A DNA stretch of 64,000 nt from an uncultured archaeon (GCA_964534625.1 CAZHRF010000002.1:54723-118722), one strand, 5' to 3'. Counted from the first letter of the stretch, positions 38,176 to 48,964 are shown. Notes: a model not told the origin generated them from the letters alone. Program-made: numbers and translations.

Positions 38176-39793
38176 TTCTTCTCCTGTGTTTTTTTATTTT
38201 TTTTAATATTAGACAAATAGTTAACAATAGATAAAAGTTTAACTGAAACGAAGTTTTTTCAGTATGTTCAATTTCTTTATCAGGAGGCGATATGGTATTA
38301 TTTGAAGATTCGATTATATAATCAAATATGTATTCATAATGCCACCTATATTCAAGAGGATCAAAGTAATTACTGATGTGTTGCTTTGCTGAAATAGAAA
38401 AACCAACCAGTTCACCTGTTGAGCTATAAGCTAACCAAGTACTAATATTATAAGTAAACTCTTGAACATGTGTTCTTTGGAAAACAGTTTGTGTATTGTT
38501 TTTTTGTATCCATATATTAAACTCACCTAAAAAGTAACGGATTGAATTATTCATTCGAAGTTCAAAATCAAAAGACATATCGCCGAGTGTAAAAAGGGTG
38601 TCTGTGGATGGACCAGTAAGCAAGAATTGGAATGGATCCATTTCATGTTCTAATTGTCCTAACAAACTCTGGACAAAGATAAGCATACCATCCCACTTAT
38701 CCCATGTGGGAATAATCCAAGGCAATAAGTATTGCAGCAGTGTACTGCTAATTGGTGAAGATTTCGTATATTCTTTATTTTGCAAAAATAATTGATTATA
38801 ATTAAGTTCTAATCCATTATTGTTTTTGTGTTCAAAGAGTAAACCCTGAGTATTATTTATGCTATTTATAGATTCTTTAAGGTTTTTTAAACTGTTATCC
38901 ATGTTTTCATTAAAAATGATATGCTTATAATTGGCAAAACTATTTGAAATAAAGAAACTTTGGTTTTCATTAGAAATGTCTTTGTTAATCCTATTAATCT
39001 CTTTAAATCTAAAAGCCAATACACTTTCCTTGTCTTCATATTGGAAATTAATAGAAAAGGTTTTCATGAGTCCAGTTTGCTTATCCCATGTAACTCTAAA
39101 TGAAAAGAATATTTCTGAAGCATACGTAATTGCCAATGAAAATTGCTTATGCCCGTCATTTAAAATATTAACTGACATATTATCAAGTAAGGCCAAACTT
39201 GCAAATTCTGCTTCATATCTGTTTTTATCTTTACCTAAAATGAAAGGAAGAAAGTTAAGAGATTCTAAACCTATCTCTTCCTCTAATAACTTTCCAAAAT
39301 CAGGTCGAGTAATTGTTGAAAAAAGAAATGGCAATGGTAAACTTGTTCCTTTGGGAATAGCAACAGAAATGGTTTTATTAGAAACAGCTTGATAATTCTC
39401 ATGTATTAATTGTCCTAATAACGGACTTGATGTGTTTAAAATAAGCGTTAATTGACGCGTTGTTGTAAGATAATTTTCAATGGAAAAAGTAGTTACATTC
39501 TGATTAATGTATCTACCAGCATCAATAAAGTAGATCTCTCGATTCTCATAATATTTGTTTTTTAGTAACACATTAAAAGATGAACCAATAAGGGATCCTT
39601 TAATGCCCAATCCATAGGTTGGAAACACCTGATCTATAGAATCTCCTTGAATGATTTCATAGGTGGCCTTATATCCATAATCAGTAAATGGGTCATCCAA
39701 TAAAGAAGAAGAACTAAATGATTGACTTTCAGAAGGTATAATTGTCATTAGAAGACAAATAATTATAAGCTGGGTTACTAACTTATTCTTCAT
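38162..39793 (-). CDS. Exported/surface protein with C-terminal TM + basic tail
   Basis: Signal peptide, beta-rich body, ends TEKTSFQLNFYLLLTICLILKKIKKHRRR. Confidence 0.8.
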   Translation of the reverse strand: MKNKLVTQLIIICLLMTIIPSESQSFSSSSLLDDPFTDYGYKATYEIIQGDSIDQVFPTYGLGIKGSLIGSSFNVLLKNKYYENREIYFIDAGRYINQNVTTFSIENYLTTTRQLTLILNTSSPLLGQLIHENYQAVSNKTISVAIPKGTSLPLPFLFSTITRPDFGKLLEEEIGLESLNFLPFILGKDKNRYEAEFASLALLDNMSVNILNDGHKQFSLAITYASEIFFSFRVTWDKQTGLMKTFSINFQYEDKESVLAFRFKEINRINKDISNENQSFFISNSFANYKHIIFNENMDNSLKNLKESINSINNTQGLLFEHKNNNGLELNYNQLFLQNKEYTKSSPISSTLLQYLLPWIIPTWDKWDGMLIFVQSLLGQLEHEMDPFQFLLTGPSTDTLFTLGDMSFDFELRMNNSIRYFLGEFNIWIQKNNTQTVFQRTHVQEFTYNISTWLAYSSTGELVGFSISAKQHISNYFDPLEYRWHYEYIFDYIIESSNNTISPPDKEIEHTEKTSFQLNFYLLLTICLILKKIKKHRRRIDAV

Positions 39794-42710
39794 TATGTTC
39801 TCTCCTTTTTAGGATTTTTACGTTTTTATACGTTATTTTGTTTAAAGAAAGAGCAAATATTGATGGGATAATAAAAAAACGTGAAACAAAGATATGCAAG
39901 ATAAGGCCAAACCCCATCCCTATTCCAAGTTGTTGGATGAAGGGAGAAGAAGAAAAGATGAGAGTGAAAAAAATACAAGTAAAGATAATTCCTGATCCAG
40001 AAATTTGTTTCATGCTGTTTTTAATTGATAATAGAATTAGCTCCTTTTTGTCTTCCTTTTCCTTTTCGTTAGAAAAAATGAATAAATCTAAACAGAAAAT
40101 ATCAAAATTAACCCAACAGGGGGGTAAAATTGCATATAAGAAAATAGGTACAATCCAGTAAATAGAATTTGTGAAAAAGAGATTGATAAAAAGTGCTAAA
40201 ATCCCCATACTCGTACCAAGCGATAGATAAATGGTAAATAACTCACTTAATGCCATTGTACTATTTTTCAGATAAATAATCAATAAAAGAAAGATGGTTG
40301 CTGGGATTAATAGAATTAATAATATCAGTTCTTGTTGGATTTGATTCTTACTATCCACAAGATAGCTTGCATAACCTGTAACATATATTTTCCACTCTTC
40401 TAAACCTTCTTCATTTTTAAATTTCTGGATAAGCTGTCTAATAAATTCCACTTGTATGGAGAGCCTATCATCCCCCACTTCATACTGTGATTCTAAATAG
40501 GAAAATCCAGAATTGTCATTAATAACAAATGCCTTCATAGTTCGTTTAATTGCCTCTCTGATAAAATAGGCCTCATTATTGATAGACTGGTCATAGGGAT
40601 TGCGTAAAGGATGGCTCAAACCAAAATGATATCCTATTGTTGTTTTGTTGATGATTTCATCGATGAGTCTTTTTATGTGATCAATTGTTTCATAATTCAA
40701 TGTTCCGTTGTTGAACAAAAAGAATTCATCTTCCGGTAATTGATACGTAATAATTATTTGGCTTGCATATGTAGAACCATAATATTTATTGATGGCCTCA
40801 TCACCTCTACCTGACAAATACTTTTCTGATGTTGGCAATCCATAATCAACTGATGAGAAGAAAAAAATTGATGTTCCCACAACACTAATCATAAAAGCTA
40901 CTGATAATACTTTTATGGGATTTTGAATGCCGATTTTCATCTTTTGATAAAATTTTTCTTTGATTGTTCTTCTAAATTTCCATTTCTGAAACCACTCTCG
41001 ACGTAAAAGAGCCAATATTGCAGGAACCAAAGTAATTGAAACAATCATAGCTGATAATACAGCTATAATCCCTGCTATCCCTATCCCCTTCATCTGTGGA
41101 ATGGAGATGAAAAGTAAAGAAACAAATCCAATGGAAAGAATGAGAGAAGAAAAGAGAACTCTTTTCATTGTATATTTCAAAGTATCTCTGATACTTTCAT
41201 GTTTTAACTTTTCTTTTTTTAGATTTCTCAAAAAATCTTCGATAAGAAAGAGGCTATAGAATGTTGTTGTACAAAAGAGCGTAACCGTTAAAATAATCGA
41301 ACTCAGGTTAAATAGACTATGTATATGGTTATTCACAAAAAGAAAAAGAATTCTTGCAAGAGCTAATGCATTTGCTAAAACAAAAAGTAGCAGAAATATG
41401 AAAGTAGGTGAGTGATAAATGAGTAAAAGTATAATGATTACCAAGATAGTACTTATAATTAAAATTTGTCTGTTCTGGATTGTTAGATCTTTAATTAGTT
41501 CGTATAAAAAGGGATTGATGCCCGAAATGTAAATTTCAAGAAAGGAGATTTCATCATTAAAGAATTTAATGAGTTCAAAAATCTCATTGTAGAGTTTTTT
41601 CCCTTCGTTACTAGTGTAATCAACTGTAATGTAAAAAGTGCTTAAGATGGTATCAACAAGAGGATTATATCTATAATTAGTAAATTGTGACAGAAATAGT
41701 TCTACCATTTGTTGATTAAAACAAGGGAGAACAACTTCTTCTTTCAATAGAGGTAAGAGATATTTGTTTTTTGCCAGAATGTATCCATCAAGAGTCCCCT
41801 GAGCATAAACCTCTTCAATAAACTCTGCTGTACTAGTATCATTTTGATCATATAGAAAGACGGAACTGACTAAGTACGGATAAAAATCATCTATCCATAA
41901 ACTCGTATTATAACCACTAGAGAGTTCTAAAGCAATTTCTTGTTCTAAATTATCTGTAGTTATGAAACTAAAAAAGGTATCATTATTGGCAATAAAACTT
42001 TTTAACAAAGTTAAAACCTCATTATCAGAGGAAGGGATAGACGAAGAAGAGATAATGCTATCAAGAAAATTATCAGCCAAATGGCTGATAAAAGAAGAGT
42101 ACCACTCTATATACCGAGTGAGATTATGATTTTGTAAATAGTTGATAAAAAACACTTGATTCATTTCCAAGGTTTGGTTAGTTGCTTCATAAATGTCATT
42201 AGACGTATTATAATGTGAAAGCCAAATGGCTGAAAATCTTTCAGTTCCTCCCCATATTGAAGATACTAGACCATGAATAGTCTCAGTAACAAACCATTGG
42301 GATCGTAAAGATCGTCTTAACAAAGAATCTGCTTCATCAAAAAAAGAAGAATAAGGCTTCTTAGGAGAAAGGAAAGGTTCAATGTTTGAGTTGTTTAATA
42401 TCATGTCGATGATATCTGTAATAATTTCTTTAATCTCAGAGGATAATATCGTACCATTTGTATTATGAATAAGAATTTGGAATGACGCAAGATAATCACT
42501 ACCTTCTAATAATAATTCTTGACCATACTCTGCGTCGGTAGGTTTACTTAGTTGAAAAGACTTACTTCCATCAGTTAAATAAGAAGAGAAAAGCAATAAT
42601 TGGTTTGCATTAACCGAAATGATGATTAACCAAAATAGAATGACAATGGTAGAAATGATTTTGGGTTTATTTCTGATAAAACTAGAGAAGTTCATACATT
42701 CGCCATCCAT
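39783..42710 (-). CDS. MMPL/RND-family transporter
   Basis: Two repeats of TM, large extramembrane domain, 5 TM. Motifs IYISG, IYVTG, SITLVPAIL, RFFIIPSI. Confidence 0.85.
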   Translation of the reverse strand: MDGECMNFSSFIRNKPKIISTIVILFWLIIISVNANQLLLFSSYLTDGSKSFQLSKPTDAEYGQELLLEGSDYLASFQILIHNTNGTILSSEIKEIITDIIDMILNNSNIEPFLSPKKPYSSFFDEADSLLRRSLRSQWFVTETIHGLVSSIWGGTERFSAIWLSHYNTSNDIYEATNQTLEMNQVFFINYLQNHNLTRYIEWYSSFISHLADNFLDSIISSSSIPSSDNEVLTLLKSFIANNDTFFSFITTDNLEQEIALELSSGYNTSLWIDDFYPYLVSSVFLYDQNDTSTAEFIEEVYAQGTLDGYILAKNKYLLPLLKEEVVLPCFNQQMVELFLSQFTNYRYNPLVDTILSTFYITVDYTSNEGKKLYNEIFELIKFFNDEISFLEIYISGINPFLYELIKDLTIQNRQILIISTILVIIILLLIYHSPTFIFLLLFVLANALALARILFLFVNNHIHSLFNLSSIILTVTLFCTTTFYSLFLIEDFLRNLKKEKLKHESIRDTLKYTMKRVLFSSLILSIGFVSLLFISIPQMKGIGIAGIIAVLSAMIVSITLVPAILALLRREWFQKWKFRRTIKEKFYQKMKIGIQNPIKVLSVAFMISVVGTSIFFFSSVDYGLPTSEKYLSGRGDEAINKYYGSTYASQIIITYQLPEDEFFLFNNGTLNYETIDHIKRLIDEIINKTTIGYHFGLSHPLRNPYDQSINNEAYFIREAIKRTMKAFVINDNSGFSYLESQYEVGDDRLSIQVEFIRQLIQKFKNEEGLEEWKIYVTGYASYLVDSKNQIQQELILLILLIPATIFLLLIIYLKNSTMALSELFTIYLSLGTSMGILALFINLFFTNSIYWIVPIFLYAILPPCWVNFDIFCLDLFIFSNEKEKEDKKELILLSIKNSMKQISGSGIIFTCIFFTLIFSSSPFIQQLGIGMGFGLILHIFVSRFFIIPSIFALSLNKITYKNVKILKRREHNEE

Positions 42711-42896
42711 CTTATTATTTTCTACTTTTATAATTATTATAAACCTTCTTGCTATTTAATACCTACGAAATAAAGTTGCAAACTCTTACTTTTATTGGTT
42801 TTTTTTGTTTAAAGCGCATTTTATCTTGTTTTATATACATTAGAAAATAAGTGTTATTCAAAAACGTATAATGGATCACTAAACACATAAAAATCG

Positions 42897-42977
42897 AATA
42901 GTTCTTCCGCTCCGAATTAGAAATATTCTCCAGATAAATTTAGTCGTGCATTTTTTTCTGAGAATTCGAAAGTATTA
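42897..42977. repeat. Degenerate third copy of the tagtacttccgaa TIR element
   Basis: aatagttcttccg(ctccg)aattag ... aattcgaaagtatta. Internal ctccagata is shared with copy 2. Confidence 0.45.
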
Positions 42978-43009
42978 ATTATGTGAAAAAATCTTTTAGC
43001 TTGAACTCT

Positions 43010-43711
43010 ATGAATGAGGAAGAAATTCAAGAAGAACTAGAAGAAGAACCTAAGCAAGCTGATATGGGTCCTACTATTATTAGTGAAAAGAAATTAAAAG
43101 AGTTGACTTCATCTGGAAAGCCTATTATTCTTCAAGCAATAGCATTAATGAAAAAGAACTTAGATGAAAACTTACGTCATCTGGAAAAACATTTTGAATA
43201 TGTTCAATCTGTTAGAGATCGATTATTATCTGACATACGGAGTAAAAACCGTATTTTCATTTTAGCCAGCGGTCGGTCAGCTATGGTCGGACAAATGTTT
43301 CAGACAAGATTGGAGCATTTTGGAGTCGAATGCAGATTTCTAACCAATAGTCGGTCGGTTCCAAAAGTACGCGAAGGGGAAACAATATTGGTGGTTAGTG
43401 GATCAGGTACTACTCCTATTGTAAAAGCGATGTTAGAATCGTATCTTACTGTCAATCCTCATGTCATTGTTATAACCAGTTATCCTTTAAGTGTTATTGG
43501 CAGATTGGGAGATACCACTGTCAAACTAGTTGGTAGAACTAAAGAAGACTTAGTTAGACGCGATCAAGGGTTAGACAGTACCTTAGCTCCTGAAGGTACA
43601 ATGTTTGAGGCTGCTGCTTTAACTTTTCTTGATGGTATCATCGCTGAACTTGCTGTTGCACTTCATCTAGGTAGTGATGACCTTTATGAGCAACACAATC
43701 AAGCGACTTAA
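43010..43711 (+). CDS. SIS-domain sugar-phosphate isomerase (6-phospho-3-hexuloisomerase-like)
   Basis: RIFILASGRS, VVSGSGTT, ITSYPLS, LAPEGTMFE. ATG at 43010 preferred over the GTG at 42983. Confidence 0.85.
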   Translation: MNEEEIQEELEEEPKQADMGPTIISEKKLKELTSSGKPIILQAIALMKKNLDENLRHLEKHFEYVQSVRDRLLSDIRSKNRIFILASGRSAMVGQMFQTRLEHFGVECRFLTNSRSVPKVREGETILVVSGSGTTPIVKAMLESYLTVNPHVIVITSYPLSVIGRLGDTTVKLVGRTKEDLVRRDQGLDSTLAPEGTMFEAAALTFLDGIIAELAVALHLGSDDLYEQHNQAT

Positions 43712-43856
43712 TTTTTTTCTTCTTTGCGATTTTTACTACCGATAAATTTAAATCAAATCAATAGTAAAAGTTTTCATAGTTTATATATCTTTATTTTCAC
43801 GAAAAAGATATAAAGGAACAGAAAAAGAACATTATAATATATTGACGGTAGATACT

Positions 43857-44624
43857 ATGGGTAAACAACTAACCATTAAAGATATTTTTAAAGTTGACGG
43901 GCAAGGCATCCCCTATGTTAAAATAGTTATTTACGGACCTTCTTTATCCGGCAAGACAAGTATGCTTACTGTTTATAACGTCCTTCGTAAGGTTGAGGAT
44001 CCTGAAGCCATTTATTCCTCTCTTAAAAAAATTGATGACCCTAGTGGTCGTACTATTTTTTATGATCAAAGTACCTTTGAATTACCCAAGGGTCAAGGCG
44101 TTAGTGTCCCAAAATTACGTTACCAAGTTTGGACTGTCGCTGGTCAAAAGCGCCATTATATTCAACGTAAGGTTGTTTTAGAGGGTGCTGATGGTCTCAT
44201 TTTCATGTTTGATCCTAGTAAAAATATGTGGAACGACAACGTTGAAAGTCTCGATGAACTTATTAAATTGAAGGGGGATATTCTTGGTAACGCATTACCA
44301 TTTATTGTCGTTTTAAATAAGGTTGATTTACCTGCTGAAACCCGCACTGATACTGATAAATTCTTGGATCTTTTAGTCGAAAAAAATCTTGCAAAAAATA
44401 AAGGAGAGGCTTACATGAATGTTATTGAGACATCCTGTTTAAATGCCCGAAACGATCTTATGTCCTTACTCCGTAGTCCTGATATAAAATCGAAATTGGA
44501 TGAATATGGTCGATTGAAGAAAGGAGCTCGTCCAAACAGCGTTCAAAAAGTATCCCAACCTATTGAGCAATTAACAAGAGAAATTATTGTTCATCGTATA
44601 AAAGATGCCAAAAATACTGCTTAA
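43857..44624 (+). CDS. MglA-like small GTPase (paralog 1)
   Basis: KIVIYGPSLSGKTS, GRTIFYD, WTVAGQ, GADGLIFMFD, LNKVDLP. Confidence 0.88.
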   Translation: MGKQLTIKDIFKVDGQGIPYVKIVIYGPSLSGKTSMLTVYNVLRKVEDPEAIYSSLKKIDDPSGRTIFYDQSTFELPKGQGVSVPKLRYQVWTVAGQKRHYIQRKVVLEGADGLIFMFDPSKNMWNDNVESLDELIKLKGDILGNALPFIVVLNKVDLPAETRTDTDKFLDLLVEKNLAKNKGEAYMNVIETSCLNARNDLMSLLRSPDIKSKLDEYGRLKKGARPNSVQKVSQPIEQLTREIIVHRIKDAKNTA

Positions 44625-44657
44625 CGTTATTAATATTTTATTAACTGCAGTCTATTT

Positions 44658-45359
44658 TTGATGAGTGAATCACCCATGCCTTTAGATACAGTATCAGCTC
44701 GTATAATAACTGCAATCAAAGAAAAGCAACCGATTAATTTTCATTTGCTTACTGATTATCAGAAACAAAAACTTAATGACATATTAGAGGCTAGTGATGT
44801 TACATTTGAACATTTTTGCGATAATTCTGTATTGGAAGATAAACAAATTGGTAAAATTCTTTTTTCTTTAATTGCAGGTGGTGTTGAACCTGCTTCTCTA
44901 TTTCATCACCTTAGCTGGAGAAATTTCGAAATTCTTATTAATTTAATCTTTGATACCTTAGGTTTTAATGTTTTCAATAATTTCCGTTTCAAAGATGATA
45001 TTACACGATATGAGATTGATGTCTTGGCTTTCAAATATCCTTATCTTTATTTAATAGATTGCAAATTCCATAAAAATCCCACTGCCAATCTTAGACGTGC
45101 AGCTGAAAAACAAAAAATACGTACAGACGCTCTATGGCAATCTTTTCCTGTAATTCATGATCAATTGATAAGAATTCTCTCTTTACCTAAACAAAAAGAA
45201 ATTTTACTCTTACCTCTGATTATTTCTTGGCGCAGTTTTACAGTCAATATTCATCAAAAAGTACCTATTGTGCCTTATAGTCATTTAAGTGGTTTTGTTG
45301 ATGAAGTTCCTACTTACAGGGATCGTTTTTATCTTCTTAGTGTCAAAATACTTGATTAG
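44658..45359 (+). CDS. PD-(D/E)XK Mrr-like/restriction-endonuclease-fold protein
   Basis: WRNFEILINLIFDTLGF, EIDVLA, LIDCK. Confidence 0.75.
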   Translation: MMSESPMPLDTVSARIITAIKEKQPINFHLLTDYQKQKLNDILEASDVTFEHFCDNSVLEDKQIGKILFSLIAGGVEPASLFHHLSWRNFEILINLIFDTLGFNVFNNFRFKDDITRYEIDVLAFKYPYLYLIDCKFHKNPTANLRRAAEKQKIRTDALWQSFPVIHDQLIRILSLPKQKEILLLPLIISWRSFTVNIHQKVPIVPYSHLSGFVDEVPTYRDRFYLLSVKILD

Positions 45360-45465
45360 TATTTTTTTCATTCTTTTTATCCCTTTATAAACTCTTGCTT
45401 AGATTTTACGAAATTAATTTAAAGCTATATTGTTAAAATATAGCTAGTAAAAAAGAGCTGGTAAA

Positions 45466-47253
45466 ATGGCCGTTGAAATTGATAGTCCTTTTCAGATTAT
45501 TCGTAAAGTAGTTCAGAAATTCCTCGGTGAAATGAGAGTAGTTCGATCAAGTACTGAGGAACAAGCTAAAGCTAAGGCTGAGGAAATAAAGAGCAATTCT
45601 TTAGCTCCTGGAAAATCGCAGTATTCTGTCTCTGAAGTAGATAATATTGTTAGAGAGTTTAAGAAAAACTATGTTAATTTACTAAGGAATCTACATTTGC
45701 TGATTGTAACCGAAAGTACAACTAAAATTAGACAAGCTGTTGAACAAGGTTTTGTTAATGGGGGGCTTATTACTGAAGAAATGCTTGATCAGTTGGCAAA
45801 GTACAAAGAACGAGCTGAAAGGTTACCCGAGTTAGAAAAAAAATTAAAAGAACAAACTACCAGGAATAGAGAGATTGAAAACGAGTTTGCTAATTTAAAG
45901 AGTGAAAGTGAAAATCTAAAAACAACTGTTGCTGAAATGGAAGCCATCTTAAAAGAAAAAGATGCCAAAATAACTGAATTAATTGAAAGAACTTCAACTG
46001 TCGAAATAGATTCATCAGTTGTTGAAGAAAGAGATGAGTTGCTAAAAGAAAAAGAACGTACTATTCATAAATTGAATCTAGAAAAAAATAATATTCAATC
46101 CGAGTTAAGTCGGGTTAAAATAGAGAGAGATTCATTGGCTTCTCAGGTGAAAGACTTACAAACCAAAGTTAATTCTATAAGGGCTGAAGCTGTTTCTAAG
46201 GAAGATAAACTGTTTGAAGACCTTCAAAAACAACTAAACAAATCACGTTCTATTGTTTTTAATCTTCGTAACCAATTAGCTGAAAAAGAAGACACTGTTA
46301 GAAATCAAAAAATAGACATTCAAACCAAGTCTTCTCAAATAGAGTCATTGAAACAACAAAATGAGCAACAGAAAAAAGAAATCGAAGAATATATGGATAC
46401 TACAAACCGGTTGAAAAATGAAATTAAATTATTGAAGCAAAAACTCGAAGAGGTAGAAGTTTCTTCTGCTGAACGCGCTGAATTAACCGAAGAAGAAACA
46501 CGTCTTAAAGAAATAATTGAGGAAAAAGAAAGAGAAATAGTTAGTCTTCAATCTCAAATAGACACATATCAAACTCAAAATGAAAATATGAAGGTTGAGT
46601 TAAATGAGCGTGATACAGATATCGAGCGTTTAGCTGAGTCAATGATTGAGTTTCAGCAAGAAATAAGTGGAAAGCAACAAGAATTACATTCTCTAAAATC
46701 CCAATTGGACGAAATAATGCTTGAACTTGCAGAGAAAGAAGCTGTAATTAAAGAATTATCGGACTTTAAAGACCAGCATCAAGGAGAAAAACCGATTTAT
46801 GAAGAGAAATTGGCTGAGAAGGAGCAAGAATTTGCTAAAATGAGAGAAGAATATGAATTAAGGTGCAAAGAATTAGAAACAGTAAAAAATACTGTTGAAA
46901 TGATGGAAAAACAAGGAACAATATCTTCTGAGGAAAAATATGCTTATGAGCTAAAAGTGCAAAAATTGAAGAAAAATATAGATTACCTTAAGAAAACAAT
47001 TAAATCCGTGGAATCATTCTTGAACACTGATCCTAAATATAGAATATTATATCTATTAAGTGATTTCAATAGACCACTATCTTTTGAGGAAATCCAAAAT
47101 ATACTAAAAATCGAAAATGAAGTATTGAGTAAATACCTTTTTGAACTAGATTACTTTGGATATGTAAAGAAATCTATAGAAGGAACAAAAACAATGGTTA
47201 TCAATACAAGTCTTTTAACTCCACCCTTATCATATGAAGAAGAGGAACAATAG
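45466..47253 (+). CDS. Long coiled-coil protein with C-terminal winged helix
   Basis: About 400 aa of E/K/Q-rich heptads, then PKYRILYLL...LSFEEIQNIL...LFELDYFGYVKK. No Walker motifs. Confidence 0.8.
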   Translation: MAVEIDSPFQIIRKVVQKFLGEMRVVRSSTEEQAKAKAEEIKSNSLAPGKSQYSVSEVDNIVREFKKNYVNLLRNLHLLIVTESTTKIRQAVEQGFVNGGLITEEMLDQLAKYKERAERLPELEKKLKEQTTRNREIENEFANLKSESENLKTTVAEMEAILKEKDAKITELIERTSTVEIDSSVVEERDELLKEKERTIHKLNLEKNNIQSELSRVKIERDSLASQVKDLQTKVNSIRAEAVSKEDKLFEDLQKQLNKSRSIVFNLRNQLAEKEDTVRNQKIDIQTKSSQIESLKQQNEQQKKEIEEYMDTTNRLKNEIKLLKQKLEEVEVSSAERAELTEEETRLKEIIEEKEREIVSLQSQIDTYQTQNENMKVELNERDTDIERLAESMIEFQQEISGKQQELHSLKSQLDEIMLELAEKEAVIKELSDFKDQHQGEKPIYEEKLAEKEQEFAKMREEYELRCKELETVKNTVEMMEKQGTISSEEKYAYELKVQKLKKNIDYLKKTIKSVESFLNTDPKYRILYLLSDFNRPLSFEEIQNILKIENEVLSKYLFELDYFGYVKKSIEGTKTMVINTSLLTPPLSYEEEEQ

Positions 47254-47297
47254 TGACTTGTATTTCATTCTCTTTAAATTTTTTAAAAATAATTGAT

Positions 47298-48488
47298 TTA
47301 TTTGTGATCTGAAATCCCTTGCAAATATACGTGTCTTTCTTTTGATTCAAAAATGGGCATGAGTATTGCATCTGTTAAAGTGCGTAAAGAATCATTAATG
47401 CGATAGTATGCTTTCCTATTAATGGTTCTTTTGTGTATTATATCTTTATCTGAAAGTTGAGATAAATGATATGCGATTGTTGTTTTTTGTAAATTCATAT
47501 TTTCTATTAGGTCTTCGTAAGTAATTCCAAGATCTAAGGCAATAGATCTCATAGCTATTAGAGTTAATATGAAGTTTCTGCTATTATCGTCTTTAGAAAC
47601 TATTTCCATGAACTCGTCGATTAGAGTATATCTGAAAAGTGCGCGGATATCTTCAACCATTCGACGATTACCATAATCCAGTGCATTAAAATAACATTCC
47701 TCACAAACCTTATTACACATTCTAATAGCATTTTTCAAACTTTTATTAGCACCATATGCGATAGATTCAATAACCTCTTCTGTAAAGGGCTGTAAAATCT
47801 TATTCCGATTAGATAGTTTAATTTTAAGCAGTGTCACTATTTCTTCATTTCCAAGTGGTTCAAGATATAATGCAGGCAATGAATGATTGAATAAGTCATA
47901 ATCTGCATATACCACATGACTCTTTAATCTAGCCCAAGCTGTGGGGGTTAAAATGAATAATATTGGGAGATCTGGAAATTGATACTCAATTGATTGGCGA
48001 AAAGAAACAAAGAAATCAATCAAATAATCAGCGTGGTCAATAATCAAAATGGGAGTATTGTCCATGGTTTCAGCTATGGCAATTTTTTTTCTGAAATTTT
48101 GAATGGAAGCTGTTGGAAGATATTTATTGTCTTCAAATTCTACTAATTGGCTAGCATCTAACAGAATAAGATTAGATAATTCGTCATTTGAAGATTTTAG
48201 TAGATGGACTAAACTTGAAATAAGCGTTGATATACCGTTGTGAGAGGAACCAATTATGAATGCATCTAACAAATCTTCTTGTTCTTGGGAATTGATGAGT
48301 TGTCCGATAATGGTGGCAACTTTTCCAATACGTGGCTTAAGCAATTTTGCTTGTTTAATATCTTGAATGGACGTTTCACTAAAAGGATTACCATCAAACC
48401 CAAAAGCTATAAAAGGATCTTCCGGAAGATAAGGTGTCTCTTTGCCTTTTTCGTAAGCTGATAAGACAAACTCAGTGAATTCGTCCAT
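47298..48488 (-). CDS. Degenerate AAA+ (ExeA/Cdc6-like) protein with C-terminal ArsR-type wHTH
   Basis: FGFDGNPF, Walker A-like GSSHNGIST (no Lys), Walker B-like LIIDHAD, KTTIAYHLSQLSDKDII...YYRI. Confidence 0.7.
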   Translation of the reverse strand: MDEFTEFVLSAYEKGKETPYLPEDPFIAFGFDGNPFSETSIQDIKQAKLLKPRIGKVATIIGQLINSQEQEDLLDAFIIGSSHNGISTLISSLVHLLKSSNDELSNLILLDASQLVEFEDNKYLPTASIQNFRKKIAIAETMDNTPILIIDHADYLIDFFVSFRQSIEYQFPDLPILFILTPTAWARLKSHVVYADYDLFNHSLPALYLEPLGNEEIVTLLKIKLSNRNKILQPFTEEVIESIAYGANKSLKNAIRMCNKVCEECYFNALDYGNRRMVEDIRALFRYTLIDEFMEIVSKDDNSRNFILTLIAMRSIALDLGITYEDLIENMNLQKTTIAYHLSQLSDKDIIHKRTINRKAYYRINDSLRTLTDAILMPIFESKERHVYLQGISDHK

Positions 48489-48964
48489 TGTTAATCATAT
48501 ATCCGTATACATATACAGATAACATCGAACCTTTAAATCTTTTCGAATAGTTCAAATCATTCAAATTTTCGTATATTTGAGACCATTTAACCGACAATAA
48601 TATAATAAAGAAAAAACTTCCTAAATTATTTCTATATTCGTCATGTTATTCTAAAAGAAATTTGTATATAAAGTCAACAATTTTAAACTCACTATTTGGT
48701 GATCTTGATTTTCTCCCATTTCAATTTTAAGTGCTAATTAGAATAGTAAATTTTACGCATTAATTACACGTTGTATCTTCTTTCAGGTATAGGATCTCAT
48801 TAAGGGGAAGGCAACCCATTGTTCTCTTTTTTCGTTTTTGTTCTTGTTAATTCATTATATTAATAATTCAACAAAATTGTTTTAACAATAGCTTTATAGG
48901 TGAGTTAGAGTAATGTACACTAGATATAAACAATAGATACCAATTAGCTAGATAAAACTTATAA

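Noticed and set aside
45466-47253. SMC-like ATPase
   Set aside because: It has only a coiled coil and wHTH, with no ABC-ATPase head motifs.
48489-48964. Replication origin next to a Cdc6-like gene
   Set aside because: No repeated ORB-like (TCCA-N-TGGAAA plus G-string) motifs were seen, and the AAA protein is degenerate.
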